64,000 nt of DNA. Source: Octopus vulgaris (taxonomy: Eukaryota). This document shows, one piece after another, positions 22,802 through 35,876 of the stretch. Position numbers and translations under genes: made by a program. Each line of letters begins with the position of its first letter. The stretch's first letter is position 1. The notes below the pieces were generated by a model. It made no database searches. It was not told the origin of the DNA and was given only the letters and a program-made list of their open reading frames with translations. The stretch is from NCBI GenBank assembly GCA_951406725.2, contig OX597814.1:135408001-135472000 (forward strand), read 5' to 3'.

Positions 22802-24256
22802 TGTACAGACAAGGAGGTAATATTTTGAATGCTGTATGCCATAGAAACAGCAGAAAGATTGGGCATTATTACCCACATAAGGGTATTATATATATATAAT
22901 TGTTAAAGAGGACAACAAATGTTAAGGCAAGACAAACATCTCAAGTTATATACGTTATTATTATTGGAAAAATTCAAAACCTTACGGCTGTTTCTGGGAT
23001 ATCCCAGAGTATGGAATATTCCATCATCTGAGAAAAACAGGGAGAATGAAAAGGGTATAGATTAATGAAATGATGACTCAGAGGACAGGAGAAAAGGAAT
23101 AAGGAGATGAAGAAAGAGAAAAAAAAGAAGCATAAATGTTCACAGTTCAACTTTCCAATCATGTAGAAGTAAGTTTGTAAGTTCTTAAGTGCAATCCTGT
23201 GTAAATCTATGTGGATTAAAGTCTTAATGGTGTAAATATCCAGAAATAGATGCAAATGTATCAATGTTCAACTACAGAATAGTAGCAGAGGTGGTGATTA
23301 AATAGTAAAACGAAATAAAAATAAATACAAAGAGAGGTAGAGAGAATGAGGGAGGAAATTAAGGATTGGCATTAAGGATAAAATGAGGTATGTAAGAATA
23401 TAGTGTATAAGAATATAGTGTACAAAAATGACTAAGAAGATAAATAAATAAATATATATGGGTAAATAAGGAGAGAGGAGGAGATAGTAAAGGAAGATAA
23501 CATAAAAAAGTAAAATGAAAGGAATTCAAAGAGAATAGTAGGTGCCAGTAGTATTTTTCTAGTTTATAGGGGTTGGGGAGGAAATCTAGTAGTAAGTGGT
23601 TGTGTCCAACTTATGGCTAAGGTCAGTGGTTGTAGAAATATTTTCAGCAATGGGAGTATGGGTGTGTATGTAGTCATGAATGGAGAAACCAGTTGAATGC
23701 TAAATTATTTAGGAATAAGTGTTAGAATTATATATTAGGGGATTTATTCAGTTAAGGTTTAAAAACAAACAATTAACATTTATCTTTTAAAGTGATGAGG
23801 TTAGGTTGCTAGAAGAGCTAAACAGGGGTATGTGTTAGTGATCATGGAGGTTTGTATTTGAGTGTTATTCGTGGAGGGTAAATTTACATTTGGATTTATG
23901 GAAGAATTTAAAAGTGCAGAAGAATTTGTGTTTACATGCTGTGAAGGCTTTGTTGTATTTGTTAAGCAACTGGTGAGTTATGAGTTAAAATTTCGAGGGC
24001 TTCTTTTAAGTAGAGTCCACAAGTGGGGTGCTGGCCCTGATATGGGATACCAGAATCTATTAGAGCCCAGGAAAGTCTATATTATATTTTTCTATTAATT
24101 AGACGGTGTACATGGCTGGCTAGTGATGTGGAATTGCTACTCTCTTTATATATATTTATTTATTTATATATATATATGTAAAAGGGTGATAATGTCCAAT
24201 CTTTCTGCTGTTTTCATGGCTATACTGTGTTCAGAATATTACCTTCTTGTCTGTAT
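22802..24256 (-). mobile_element. Old PLE-like remnant bracketed by ~72 bp inverted repeats, with a degenerate HHR at ~22980-23033
   Basis: 22802-22873 is the reverse complement of 24184-24256. Minus strand reads tct CAGATGA tggaatattcca...gggatatccca GAAA cagccg TA agg, related to the 11046/11245 motifs. Confidence 0.5.
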
Positions 24257-25183
24257 AATACAATACACATTCAATGCTTCTAAAAACTAAATAAAAAGTT
24301 TGTTTACATATGTTGTTGATACACACACAAACACACACACACACACACATATAATAGTGATCTGTATATCATATTTAAAGCATATATACTGTTGAATGTC
24401 TTCTAAACTGTGGTTTGTGTTGAGAAAACATACCTTATAGCTGTATAATGTTAAAAATCACAGGAATATATCAGCAACAGTGCTCTGCAGTGGCGGCGTA
24501 GGTGAATCCATATTTATGGTTTCCATTACTAATAAGGAATTTTTATTCAGCCTGCCAGCTGAATGCAACATCAGTGACCATTTAATCACTGTTTAACTAT
24601 TTCTGGTTGCAACCAATTTTAGCTTAGCATGTGGTATCAGTGGTTGCTTGCCATTACAGTAACATAAACAAATCAACAGTGGTTGTTAATGCATGGTGAG
24701 GAATGCACAAAGACACACACATACAGATAACTGGTTTCCACACAATTTCCATTTATGAAAATTCACCCACAAGACATTGGTTAGCCAAGGGCTATAGTAA
24801 AAGACACTTTCCCAAGGCTCCATGCAATGGGAGTGAACCCAAAGTTGGGTGATGTCAAAAATCAAGGTTAATAGTGCTGTTTATTATGAAGTGTCAAAAA
24901 GTTTTGTCATACTTCTGTAACCTGATCAATAACACAATTCTATAGCATCTCTGTATGTGTTTAAATGGTTGCAATCACAATTGTATGATGTTATTGTTTT
25001 TTATTCCAATATCAGATCGAGTCACATGTTATTCCAGTACAATTTGGAGATCTTTATAAGTGATTATCTGTCTATTTTATTGACTGTCACTCCAATACTT
25101 TATCAATATCCCATACATATTATGTAGAGAGACTAACATCAATATATTGCATTTCACAGTAAGACATTACTTATTCATTGCAG

Positions 25184-25263
25184 AGATGCTGGGTATTCTA
25201 GAATTTTCTCTACTCTATGATGCTGATAATAATGCTCTGAACTGCACTGTGGTTAGAGGAAAG
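25184..25263 (+). CDS. RPH3A: Rabphilin/DOC2-like, C2A exon 1
   Basis: cag| (E)[26 protein letters not shown] |gtaagt; matches rabphilin [25 protein letters not shown]. Confidence 0.95.
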
Positions 25264-25494
25264 GTAAGTACTGAATGATTTTTCACACATTATTTTAAAA
25301 CTCTTCACATAAAGAATGGAGCTTATTCAAATAACGAAGTGAGTCTTTAGAACTGGTTGACTAATTGTAGTTTATGTTAGCATGAAATGGGGTGGAAATA
25401 TTAAAAGATGTTTTGTTTGTATGCCATGAAATGAACACCAGCCTAAATAGTTTGGATAATGCATCATATTTTAAATAAATGTGTGTGTATGTGT

Positions 25495-25700
25495 GAATAT
25501 ATAGACCACAAATATATAGGAGGTATGAGAGGTGAATATATTCATTTAATCACTTGATATCCATGGGATTACTGCTGTTTCACAGCCTTCATCATGTAAT
25601 AACAATTTAAGTGTATAATAAATTATTTTACATGCCTGCACCAATATGCATGCTACACATTGCACAGTACTATTGTATATTTACAAATCAAAGCAGATAT
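25495..25700 (-). mobile_element. Decayed dispersed repeat (PLE pLTR-like), homologous to ~61740-61930
   Basis: Shared ggtatgaga-tgaatatatt...ttgatatcc-at-ggat...cagcc--catcat...agtgtataat-aattattttacatg. The minus strand has an eroded HHR-like TGATGA...GAAAcagcagTA. Confidence 0.45.
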
Positions 25701-26649
25701 AGAGGGCAATAATATCATAGTTATACCATTCCTACAACTCAAGATGCCTATACAAAATTATCCTTTGTATACACAATGTATGGAAGACCAGTAGTTGATA
25801 AAATAAGATTGGTATGGTCATTAAAAAATACATATAAATAATAAATATATTTGTATGTTATTAATTAAGATGCTGGATCTAGATTTAGGGAACTGACTAT
25901 TCTTAATATAAACAAAAGACAGGAGAGGGATATAAGAAGCCAAGTACTTTAGATTAAATAAAAAAAATATTTTGAGAGTGTTTAAAATTACATGTAAAAA
26001 ACAAAATAAAATATAATATACATAAATTCAGTAAATCCAGTAGGGAACAGACAGCTGGAAATATAAAAATTAAACCAAGGGATAGTTTTCAACAACAGTT
26101 ACTTTCAATTATGATTAAAAGGTCAAACGGCTTTCAAATGCATTCTGTCTCAATAAACTATATTGAAGTCAACACACCATAGCTAAGGGTAGATCTTATA
26201 AGCATTTACATACTAAAAAAAAAGTAATAATAATAAAAATAAAATCTGCACAAAAACACCCACATAGTTGTATATTCATATTCCTATTAATGTACATACA
26301 TACCACACAGAGACAAACATTAGTACATGCACAAACATGTATACATATAAGTTATAAGCATATATAACCAAATGCATACAGAAGAACATACGCACAATAT
26401 AAAAATATACACCTGCACAGTGTAAAAAATATGCACATACGAAAAATGTACGAATAGTAATATAGAAACATATACATATAAGCGTGCATGCATGCACACA
26501 CATTACTGTGTGTGTGAGTGTGCATAGATACACTCTCAAATTGATAACACCTTTATAGGCATGTTCAACTGCACAAACACCCATAGACACAATATATATG
26601 TACATACGTATACAGAGACATACATATATATATATATATACTCAATATT

Positions 26650-26790
26650 TATCCAATAGAAGATCCATTTTTCATCACCAGTCACAAATCTATCCATAAA
26701 GGGTAAAATGAATTCGTGAGAATGGAGAGAAAAGCAGATGTCAACTTGGGACTTGCAGTTGTTTTCGGACAATTCATGAAGCACCCACGT
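26650..26790 (-). mobile_element. Mariner transposase fragment
   Basis: WVLHELSENN...PFMDRFVTGDEKWIFY (mariner WVPHEL and TGDEKW motifs). Confidence 0.8.
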
Positions 26791-27122
26791 GAAGAGAAAT
26801 ACTGATGATAGTGGAAAAGGAACCCACACTCATATACACATAAACTCAAATGTGCTCCCATTTGAAATTACTTATGAAAACAAGCTCCTCATCAAAATTC
26901 TCTGTCCATCACAATTTTCTTGATCTTAACTATAAATCTTGAAAGGTTTTAACCTTTCAAGATCTCTAGTTAAGCCTATAACCTGAAAGAACTAAATTTA
27001 GATTGTACTGGTTTATATAATTCATAAATTCTTTCCACATTGTAAAATTGATATTGTTTCTTGTATTGATCTAAATAACTAGTGACAAAGAAATGTATAT
27101 ATATTCTATATTTGTACTTTAG

Positions 27123-27197
27123 AACCTAAAAGCGATGGATATGAATGGATTCTCTGATCCGTATGTTAAACTACATCTACTTCCCGGTGCTTCCAAA
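27123..27197 (+). CDS. RPH3A: Rabphilin/DOC2-like, C2A exon 2
   Basis: tag| NLKAMDMNGFSDPYVKLHLLPGASK |gtgagt; the DPYVKLHLLPGASK signature of rabphilin/DOC2 C2A. Confidence 0.97.
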
Positions 27198-27929
27198 GTG
27201 AGTCTGTAACAATTTGTGCTTTACATATCTTCATAGATCTAAATAATAACAATTCTTTATTTTTATAAACATATGATTTAATATCAAACATTATGGGTTT
27301 TAATTTAATTTTCTTTTCTTTAACAATGTACTTTAATCCACCAACTAACTGCCTCTTGACCAGCTTCCTACCTACTTTATTTAAGAAGCACACATTTCAG
27401 TTCTTTAAGGACAATGTATTTGAACCAAAGTCAAGAAGTTCTGTTGTAAAATGTTGATTAGACAACAATGTTTGATCATTCTAAAATATGTTAGATTTCA
27501 AGTTTACAAACTTATGTCTGTTTGGTGAAGTTGATTGAGACTAAATAATTTTTTTATGTCATTTTAAATCTATACTAAATCCTGATATTTTCTCATTTGA
27601 TCTGGTGGGTGGGGGAGAATTTAAAATAAAAGCGAAAATAGGAGCCTTTATTCTTAAACTTTAAGTGCTGCTGTTACAGGTTCTAAATTCTAAATCTTTT
27701 GTAATAGAAAGGAAAGCTGAGCCTATAAGAAAGGCAATAATAGTAAACTGAAGATTGTTTTGATGGCAGAAAGTTGGCATAATTAATAGAGTACTAAACA
27801 AAATGACTTAGTTTTCTTTCTTCAGTATTCCTCATTCAAATCCTATTTGAGTTGACTTTACTTTTCGTACATCAGAGGTCATTGAAATTAATATCAGTAA
27901 TATTCAGGGAGAAATTTACTTGATTATAA

Positions 27930-28109
<180 letters not shown>

Positions 28110-28335
28110 TAATTTGGTAATTTACTAATACATCTGAAGTTATATTGTTTCATAGGTAACTATTCATAGATAACTACACCTGTTAATTTGCTGCTGCTTG
28201 AGTCCTTATATACTTTGGTTTATGTGTGTATATGTTTATGTTTTATATGTTTATATTTTATAAAAATGTTTATGTCTTATAAGTATGTTTATGTTTTATG
28301 AGTACATTTATATTCATTGTCATCTGTTTGTCCAG

Positions 28336-28459
28336 GCTGTCTGTACTTGATGAGGACCCCATTGGCTATGATTTCATTGGAGAATATCGAATATCATTAA
28401 GCCAGTTAAAAAGAAATCAAACTAAACGCTTTTCTGTCTTGTTAGAAGATCATCAACCT
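28336..28459 (+). CDS. RPH3A: Rabphilin/DOC2-like, C2A exon 4
   Basis: cag| LSVLDEDPIGYDFIGEYRISLSQLKRNQTKRFSVLLEDHQP |gtaaga; Ca2+-binding DED...D loop. Confidence 0.95.
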
Positions 28460-29065
28460 GTAAGAAAAGTTTATCAAAATTATTCAATATTTTCATGAAA
28501 TCAGTTTTATGAATCATTTTGTTCCTATGTATTTGTGCATAGTATGATTTTATTACTACAGATACAACATTGATTTTCCAGAACCTTTTTCTAAACCACA
28601 TGTGGTTGCCTTGGTCATCACAGTCTAAACACATTTTAAATTGACTTAAATAATTAGATGAAATACAGATGTCTGTACATTAGTATAAATGATACAAGTT
28701 TATTAATACTGTACTGTGCAAGATAACAGTAAACTAGTCTGGCAACCACGGGAGTTTGAAATTCCTGCTTGTAAATTAATTTGGCTTATAAGAGGTTCCA
28801 AAGCATCAGTGTCTGGAAAGTAGGTGTTGTACTTGTAGCACTGTTGCATCATTGGACACTGAATCCTTGAATTTATTTGAGCTACATTTCAAGCAATAGA
28901 ATTTATTAATTTCCTCAAAAGCATCATTTAACAGTGATGAGATATTGCAATGTTAAAACATGTTTTCCTTTATCCTTTATTCTTTTACTGGTTTCAGTTA
29001 TTAAACTGTGAGAATGTTGGGACATCACTTTCAAAGTGTTCTTAGTTGATGATATTGACTACTAT

Positions 29066-29545
29066 TTATATTAGTCAGACTGATGTTCTCATCTTAATCG
29101 TTGCTTTCTTTACATTTCAGCTGTTGTATGCTCCATTTTTCTTCATGGGTCTTGTGTTGAACTGATTATTGTATTGGAATTTTGAACCTAACCCTCTATT
29201 TGATCCCATGGGAGTACACTGTTCTCATTCTGCTCTCCATGTTTTCTGACATTTTTTGGCTTCAGTTGATTTTTGTGAATTCATGTTAGTGCCTTGCCTG
29301 GGATTGAACTCAGAAACTTTAAGTGACTGCACTACATAGAGGTTCTGAGCTCAATCCCAGTCAAATGTAATTCACAAAAATCAGCTGAAGTAAAAAATGT
29401 CACGAAATGCAGAGTGGGTTAGGTTTGAAATTCTTATACAACAACCAAGTTCAACACAAGGCGCCTGAAGTAGGCAGGAGCATAGAACAGCTGAAATTTA
29501 GTGAAAGCAACAATCCAGGTGAGGACACTGGTCTGACTAATATAA
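29066..29545. mobile_element. Old fold-back of inverted PLE pseudo-LTR fragments with degenerate HHR motifs
   Basis: tatattagtcagac...gaacctaaccctct...tgggattgaactcagaa pairs with ttctgagctcaatccca...ggttaggtt...gtctgactaatata. At 29462-29503: cgc CTGAAGT aggcagg...cagct GAAA ttTA gtg. Confidence 0.6.
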
Positions 29546-29832
29546 ACAGTATACATAATATAAATTCCTCATCTCAGAAATGTAGAATTGTGTGCACATT
29601 GATGTAAATATGTATGTATAATTTTGCATACTGAAATTAATAATACCACAAGAAGTTTTCCAAAACAGCTCTAATCATGGGAGTCATAAAGAAAAAAATA
29701 AATCTGTATTCTTCTCTCATACCTCCTGACTTTATACTATGTATGTATGTATGTATGTATGTATGTATGTATGTGTGTATGTGTGCATGCGTTTGTGTGT
29801 AAGTATGTGTGTGTATGTCTGTATGTTTGTAT

Positions 29833-29877
<45 letters not shown>

Positions 29878-29919
29878 TGTGCATGTGATGTGTGTGTATA
29901 TATATATATATATATATAC

Positions 29920-31245
29920 TCCAGTTCGATTCCTCCACTTTGCACATTTTCCCCAACCTACCCATCCCCTCTTTCAAATGAGTCCACAACCTACGTGACC
30001 TCCTGGTCTACAGTTTTTTCCTAGCCCCACCTTCCAGCCCGGCTCATTCCCCTGCTCCTGCCCATGCTGCTGCACTTTCCCCTCCCTCTCCAACACCACC
30101 ATTCTCACAGGCACCCATCATCATTCCTATCATATTACTGACTCCTTCACCTGCACTTCTAGCAACTTCATTTACTGCATCTCCTGCTGTTTCTGTCCTT
30201 CTCTGTACATTGATCTAATGGGACGCCATTTGGCTGACTGGTTTGCAGAACATCTCCAAGACATCGGACTCAGCAACGACAGCCCGGTCTCATGCCATTT
30301 CCACTCTACCACTCATTCATTACAACACCTATCTGTGTTTGGATTGTCTTTGCACAGGGGCCATCCAGATTCCCACCTTCGCTGTGAACAGGAATTAATC
30401 TTCTCTCTTCACTCCTTTGCACCACATGGGCTCAACTCCCCTCTCCTCTTCATGTGATTCCCCCCTCTCTCCTCTCATCCTCTCACACCCACTTCCTCTC
30501 TTCACTCCCACCCACCTCTACTCTCCTCTCTTGTCCTGACACCTACTTCCTTTCTTCACTCTAACCCACCTTCTGCCTTCCACCCTCTCCTTTCATTGTT
30601 ACCCCCTCCATCCACACCCCACCCCACCCCTACACATCCCAATCCCACCATCCCTATATATCCCAATCCTACCCCTACATCACCCCCACACATCCCACTC
30701 CTACATACCCCACCACACACCACCACAACACAACACACCACACATCACCGCACCTCATCACACCTCACCACCACACCACATCGCACCACCCTGCACACAC
30801 TAGCATTGACCACCTCCGAGCACCCACACCACACCATATCACACCACCTTCCACACACTAGCACTGACCACTTCTCAGCACCCACATCATCATCCACATA
30901 CCTACACATGCACACACCCACACGTCAAGGTTACCTGCCCCAATCCACGTGCACACAGTTACACACTCACATACACATGCACGCGCACCTTCGTTTTGGG
31001 ATCACCACTATTTTATTATCTCCCCTTCTTCCTAGCTCTCCTGTCTGACCACCTCTGTCCAGCCATCATCATGATTGACTGCTAGCTCCAAAAGTTTTTT
31101 TTATTCTCTCTGTTTATTTTCTCGTGTTCCTTTCTGTTGAAGAGCGTAGACTCAAAATGTAAAAGACTTTCTCACCTTCCCGAGTGTTAAACTAATACAC
31201 TTGTTGTTTATACACCTGTCTTCATCTTTTATTTTTTTGTAAAAA
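29920..31245 (+). mobile_element. Penelope-like element 3' fragment (Neptune-like Cys-rich linker, GIY-YIG endonuclease, pseudo-LTR)
   Basis: PGSFPCSCPCCCTFP...ITDSFTCTSSNFIYCISCCFCPSLYIDLMGRHLADWFAEHLQDI...PVSCHF...EQELIFSLHSFAPHGLN, stop at 30457. Followed by a low-complexity UTR and an HHR-like motif at 31130-31165. Confidence 0.85.
31130..31165 (+). ncRNA. Degenerate minimal hammerhead motif (CUGUUGA core variant)
   Basis: cttt CTGTTGA a gag cgtaga ctc AAAA tg TA aaag. Stem I cttt/aaag; GAAACG appears decayed to AAAATG. Confidence 0.5.
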
Positions 31246-31702
31246 GATGTTTTATTTATATATTGTTTAAAAGTGAATTGTTGTATGTTTGATTGTTGAT
31301 GAAATTAATTTAATATTTGTATCAGTGATACATATTAATAATAGATAATTATTGATATGATATATCTGTGAAGCTTCACTAAGCTTACTACTGGTTACAA
31401 TCTTGCTTCAATGTTAGCTGCGTTATCAGTGCCAAAAAAAAAATGAATATTTTAAAGAAGGCTTTGATTCAAACTTTTCAGTTATTGTTAATGAGTATTG
31501 GAAGCAGGTTAATTATCTCTTTATTAGTTTCATGATGATATGAAAGCATTTCTTCCAATTTATATAATTTTTCAGCAATTTTGGTTTATAGTCCTTTAGT
31601 TGTAAGCAATACTTCTTTCACTGATCTAATAATAATAAAATAAATTGAATCAAACAAAGTTATGTGTTCTTTTAAATTTCCTTTAATTTATAATAATTCT
31701 AG

Positions 31703-31858
<156 letters not shown>

Positions 31859-31898
31859 TAAGTTTTTATTACTATTTATCCTCATCTTGTTTGTTGTT

Positions 31899-31944
31899 AA
31901 CACAACGTTTCGGCTGATATACCCTCCAGCTTTCATCAGGTGTC
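31899..31944 (-). ncRNA. Minimal type-I hammerhead ribozyme motif
   Basis: Minus strand: gacac CTGATGA aagctg gagggtatat cagcc GAAA cg TT gtgtt. Stem I gacac/gtgtt, palindromic AACGTT stem III. Confidence 0.75.
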
Positions 31945-32015
31945 TTGGGGAATTTTCGAACCTGTTATTGTTATTGTTGTTGTTGTTATTATTATTATTA
32001 TCATTATTATTGTTG

Positions 32016-32070
<55 letters not shown>

Positions 32071-32106
32071 CATCATCATCATCATCATCATTATTATTAT
32101 TATTAG

Positions 32107-32152
<46 letters not shown>

Positions 32153-32342
32153 GGTGGTAAGCTGGCAGATTTATTACCATGCCAGGCAAAATGCTTAGCA
32201 GCATTTCATCCGTCTTTACTTTCTGAGTTCAAATTCCATCGAGGTCAACTTTGCCTTTCATACTTTTGGTGTTGATAAAATAAGTGCCATTATTTACATT
32301 ATTTACATTTTATGGATATTTGTCCACATCTTGTTTGTTGTT

Positions 32343-32388
32343 AACACAACGTTTAGGCTGATATACCCTCCAGCCTTCATCAGATGTC
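32343..32388 (-). ncRNA. Second tandem copy of the hammerhead motif (G12 mutated)
   Basis: Minus strand: gacat CTGATGA a ggctg gagggtatat cagcc TAAA cg TT gtgtt. Confidence 0.6.
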
Positions 32389-32449
32389 TTGGGGAAATTT
32401 CGAACCTGGGTTCTCATCCCTAAGGTATTTTTCAATGTTGTTGTTATTA

Positions 32450-32498
<49 letters not shown>

Positions 32499-33563
32499 CA
32501 TTATTACTATTATTCAGGTCACTGCCTGGAATTAAACTCAGAATCTTGGGGCTAGTAGCCTGCACTTTTAACCACTATGCCATATGCCCATGGGCAATTA
32601 TGGAGTGAATTTTTAGGGCTTAAATATTTAATATTTTCCTATCCTTCCTTAATACCGGTTCCCATATGCAATTCATATCTGCACTCGGTGCTGCTTCTTT
32701 TAGTTTTCATATTTTCTAGTGGTGTTCTCTGTCTATTATTTTAACTTCATCACACAGGGGGAGGTGGTCTCCATTTTTCCATACATGATCAGCTATACCT
32801 AATCTATCAATATCTTCTCGTGTCAGAGCTTTGCGATGTTCCTCTACTCTTATTTTGAGGGGGCGGCATGTTTCACCTTTGTATAACCTACCACAGCTGC
32901 ATGGGATGGAGTACATGCAGTTTTTGGTCATATTCTCTTCTATTGGTGGTTTTACCCGAAGGAGATATTTGCGAAGCATTATATTTCCTTTGGGTAAAAC
33001 CACCAATAGAAGAGAATGTAAATAATGTAAATAATGTACATAATTCCTTATCTCTTAAATATAGAATAATGAATTATATAATTTAGATAAAATTTGTAAA
33101 CATACTTGCTGATTCATTTCACACTCACTGTTGACATTGTTTTGTTTTCCTTCTCCTACCAGAAGTCCTTTTTCTGCTGATCAACTTCCTAGCTAGCCTG
33201 TTGCGAAGTTTCTGTCTACAGTTCGTCTGTCACAAATCCTACCCTACAATGCCACTGATGTTTTCCAAGAGAAAGGCAAAGGCCGATACAGCTTGACACC
33301 AGTGATGTCGCAACTCATTTCTCCAGCTGAGTGAACTGGAGCAACGTGAAATAAAGTGTCTTAATTAAAATCATATCACACAACCTGGTCCAGGAATTGA
33401 ACTCACAACTTCATGATTGCAAACCCGATACTGTAACCAATGAGCCATGTGCTTTACAATAAATGATTATGAATGAGTTAATAAGTGGTTGATAACAGTT
33501 TATTGTACTTCTGTTTTGTTTTTGTTTTTTGTTTTTTGTTATTTTTCTTAATATTTCCTTCAG

Positions 33564-33645
33564 ATATTTGAAACCTGATCCAGGCAAGAAATCAAAATTT
33601 AAAACAGAAACTAAGAGAAAAACACTGAATCCTGAATATAATGAA
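33564..33645 (+). CDS. RPH3A: Rabphilin/DOC2-like, C2B exon 2
   Basis: ttccttcag| YLKPDPGKKSKFKTETKRKTLNPEYNE |gttagt; polybasic beta4 strand. Confidence 0.97.
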
Positions 33646-34089
33646 GTTAGTATAAATTCATATTTCAAATCCTTTTATTTTCTTTTACTTGTTTCAGTCC
33701 TGTGACTATGGGGAAATAGAAAAAGAAACCGCAACTTATAAGTTACCCTGATTAGAGCTAAATAATTAAAACAGTTAAAAGAATAAAAGAAAATAATAAA
33801 GTGTGTATTGTCAGTGAATAACTACAATATATCTCAGGTAATTTATTTTATTAACACTGGGAGAATGAATGGAAAAAAATCAACCTAAGTTGGATTTTGA
33901 GTTTGGAAAGTAGAGAGAGGAAACTGAATATTATAATTCATTTTAGACTGGTGTTTCTAGCAAATTATTACTCGTGATTTTCAGGTAAAATAAATCGAAG
34001 CTTTTGTATTTGAAAATGGGCCTTTCAATTTGTTTTTGTTCAACAATGTTACTTTACCCTTATAACATCTGAATCTATTTTATTTGCAG

Positions 34090-34186
34090 ATATTTAATTA
34101 TAATATCCGATATAATGAACTCACACATAAGACATTGGAGATAACTGTGTGGGACAAAGATATTGGCAAACCTAATGATTTCATTG
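34090..34186 (+). CDS. RPH3A: Rabphilin/DOC2-like, C2B exon 3
   Basis: cag| IFNYNIRYNELTHKTLEITVWDKDIGKPNDFI(G) |gtaaat; Ca2+-binding WDxD...D loop. Confidence 0.97.
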
Positions 34187-35754
34187 GTAAATATTATTTT
34201 TGCTTTTTGACACTTTCATAATCATAGTCTTCAGAGGTGCACAGTGTGGTGATCATATTACTGACAACCTAAACAGCATCTGGTAAAAGTTACATTAATG
34301 ACACTGTCCATAATTCTCTAAGCCAGCATTTTCCCAACCAGGATTCATTAGAAACCTAAGGTTTTGTAAGAAATAGGAATATACAGGCTATTTGTAAATG
34401 CATTTTAGAGTAATTTTCATGTTCTATTTTTACCCCTGTAATTTTATTGTAAATGCATGACATAATCTGTAAGATAGGAAAATCCTGGCATCTGTAGATA
34501 GTATGGAGATCCAATGAAAAAAATTACCTATTTTGGGGGAATTATAAGGGGATTTGATCTAGATTAGGTTGTGGTTAACATGAAATTTCTTAAAGATTCT
34601 TGTCATATTTGATGGATGGAGCACAATCAAACTTATTAAAGAGTTTTATAATTTGCTTAATCACCCATGAAATTTAAATCTAATTATGAAAAAGGTTAAT
34701 AAAGATATGAAATAATTCACTTTTTAACAGTTGAACTTGAAGTAGAAAAGCCATAAACAATACCATGTAAATATTAGTTTCAAATTTTTGTACAAGGCCA
34801 GCAATTTGGGGGGAGAGGAGTAAGTCAATTAGATTGACCCCAGTGCTCAACTGGTACTTATTTTATTGACTCTGATAGGATGCAAAACAAAGTTGACCTC
34901 AGCTGAATTTGAACTCAGAGCATAAGGGACAAAATGCCTCTAAGCATTGTGCCTGGCATGCTAATGATTCTGCCAGCTCACTACCTTATAGCATGTAAAT
35001 ATTGGGTTAAAAAAAATCTTTTTGGATAAAATAAGTCAAATGCTACCTGTGGAGAGCCTTTGAGTTATTTCTATGCAAAAGCTTTTTTACTCCATTTACA
35101 TGCTATTATTTATAGCTTTTCTACTTTGAGTTCAACTGTTAAAAATGAATCCTTTCATGCTCTCTTGAAGTTTCATAACAAAAATATATATTAATTTTTT
35201 ATGTAGGGGTTCCTTGTGATTTGGAATTAATTTTCTCATGAGTAAAAAGAAGAGAAACCTCTGTTCACAGCTATATCTATACCAAAATTCGAGCTCAATT
35301 CTTTAGCTGGCAAAACATTTTTATATCATAAAGTGCTTTCACTGCTTAGAACATGAAAATGCTCCACCTCTTTACGATATATTTACTACTAGAATAACAG
35401 AACTACTACACAAGGAAGTATTTTTATGTGGAAGATGGTGCAGTACCAGAAATGCAGTAAACTTTTTTTCTGCCAGAGGTTAATACTCTAGCAGTTTGGC
35501 TGACAGCAATTTTCCAACAGAATCAGTCATTCTAAATGACATTATAAAATATTCTCATTGATTGAATGGTTGCCATTATAGTATGGTTGAATAGTTGTCA
35601 TTTAATAAGGTCATCATGCTTATGTCATTTTTTGTCATGCTTGTATGAAGAAAATGATTGCAAAAATACAATAAAGTAAAATATTGATGAGCTGTTTTGC
35701 ATCCACATACCCCCTCATACATCCTAATCACATAATATAATGTTAACATTACAG

Positions 35755-35876
35755 GAGGACTTGAATTTGGAAGTCAATCCAAAGGTGACAAATTACAACA
35801 CTGGTATGAAATGTTAAGAAATCCTGACCAGAAAGTTGAATATTGGCATACTCTAACTCCAGATTTTTGTCCATGA
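35755..35876 (+). CDS. RPH3A: Rabphilin/DOC2-like, last coding exon
   Basis: cag| GLEFGSQSKGDKLQHWYEMLRNPDQKVEYWHTLTPDFCP* (TGA at 35874-35876); matches rabphilin [25 protein letters not shown]. Confidence 0.97.

Larger units (their letters stand above)
31870..33065 (-). mobile_element. Penelope/Poseidon-like 3' fragment with tandem partial pseudo-LTRs, a SINE insertion and a short 5' inversion
   Basis: KNCMYSIPCSCGRLYKGETCRPLKIRVEEH...GIADHVW...DEVKIIDRE (GIY-YIG with CCHH). The pLTR segment is repeated at 31875-31965 and 32320-32408. 32934-32957 is inverted at 32993-33016. Confidence 0.88.
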
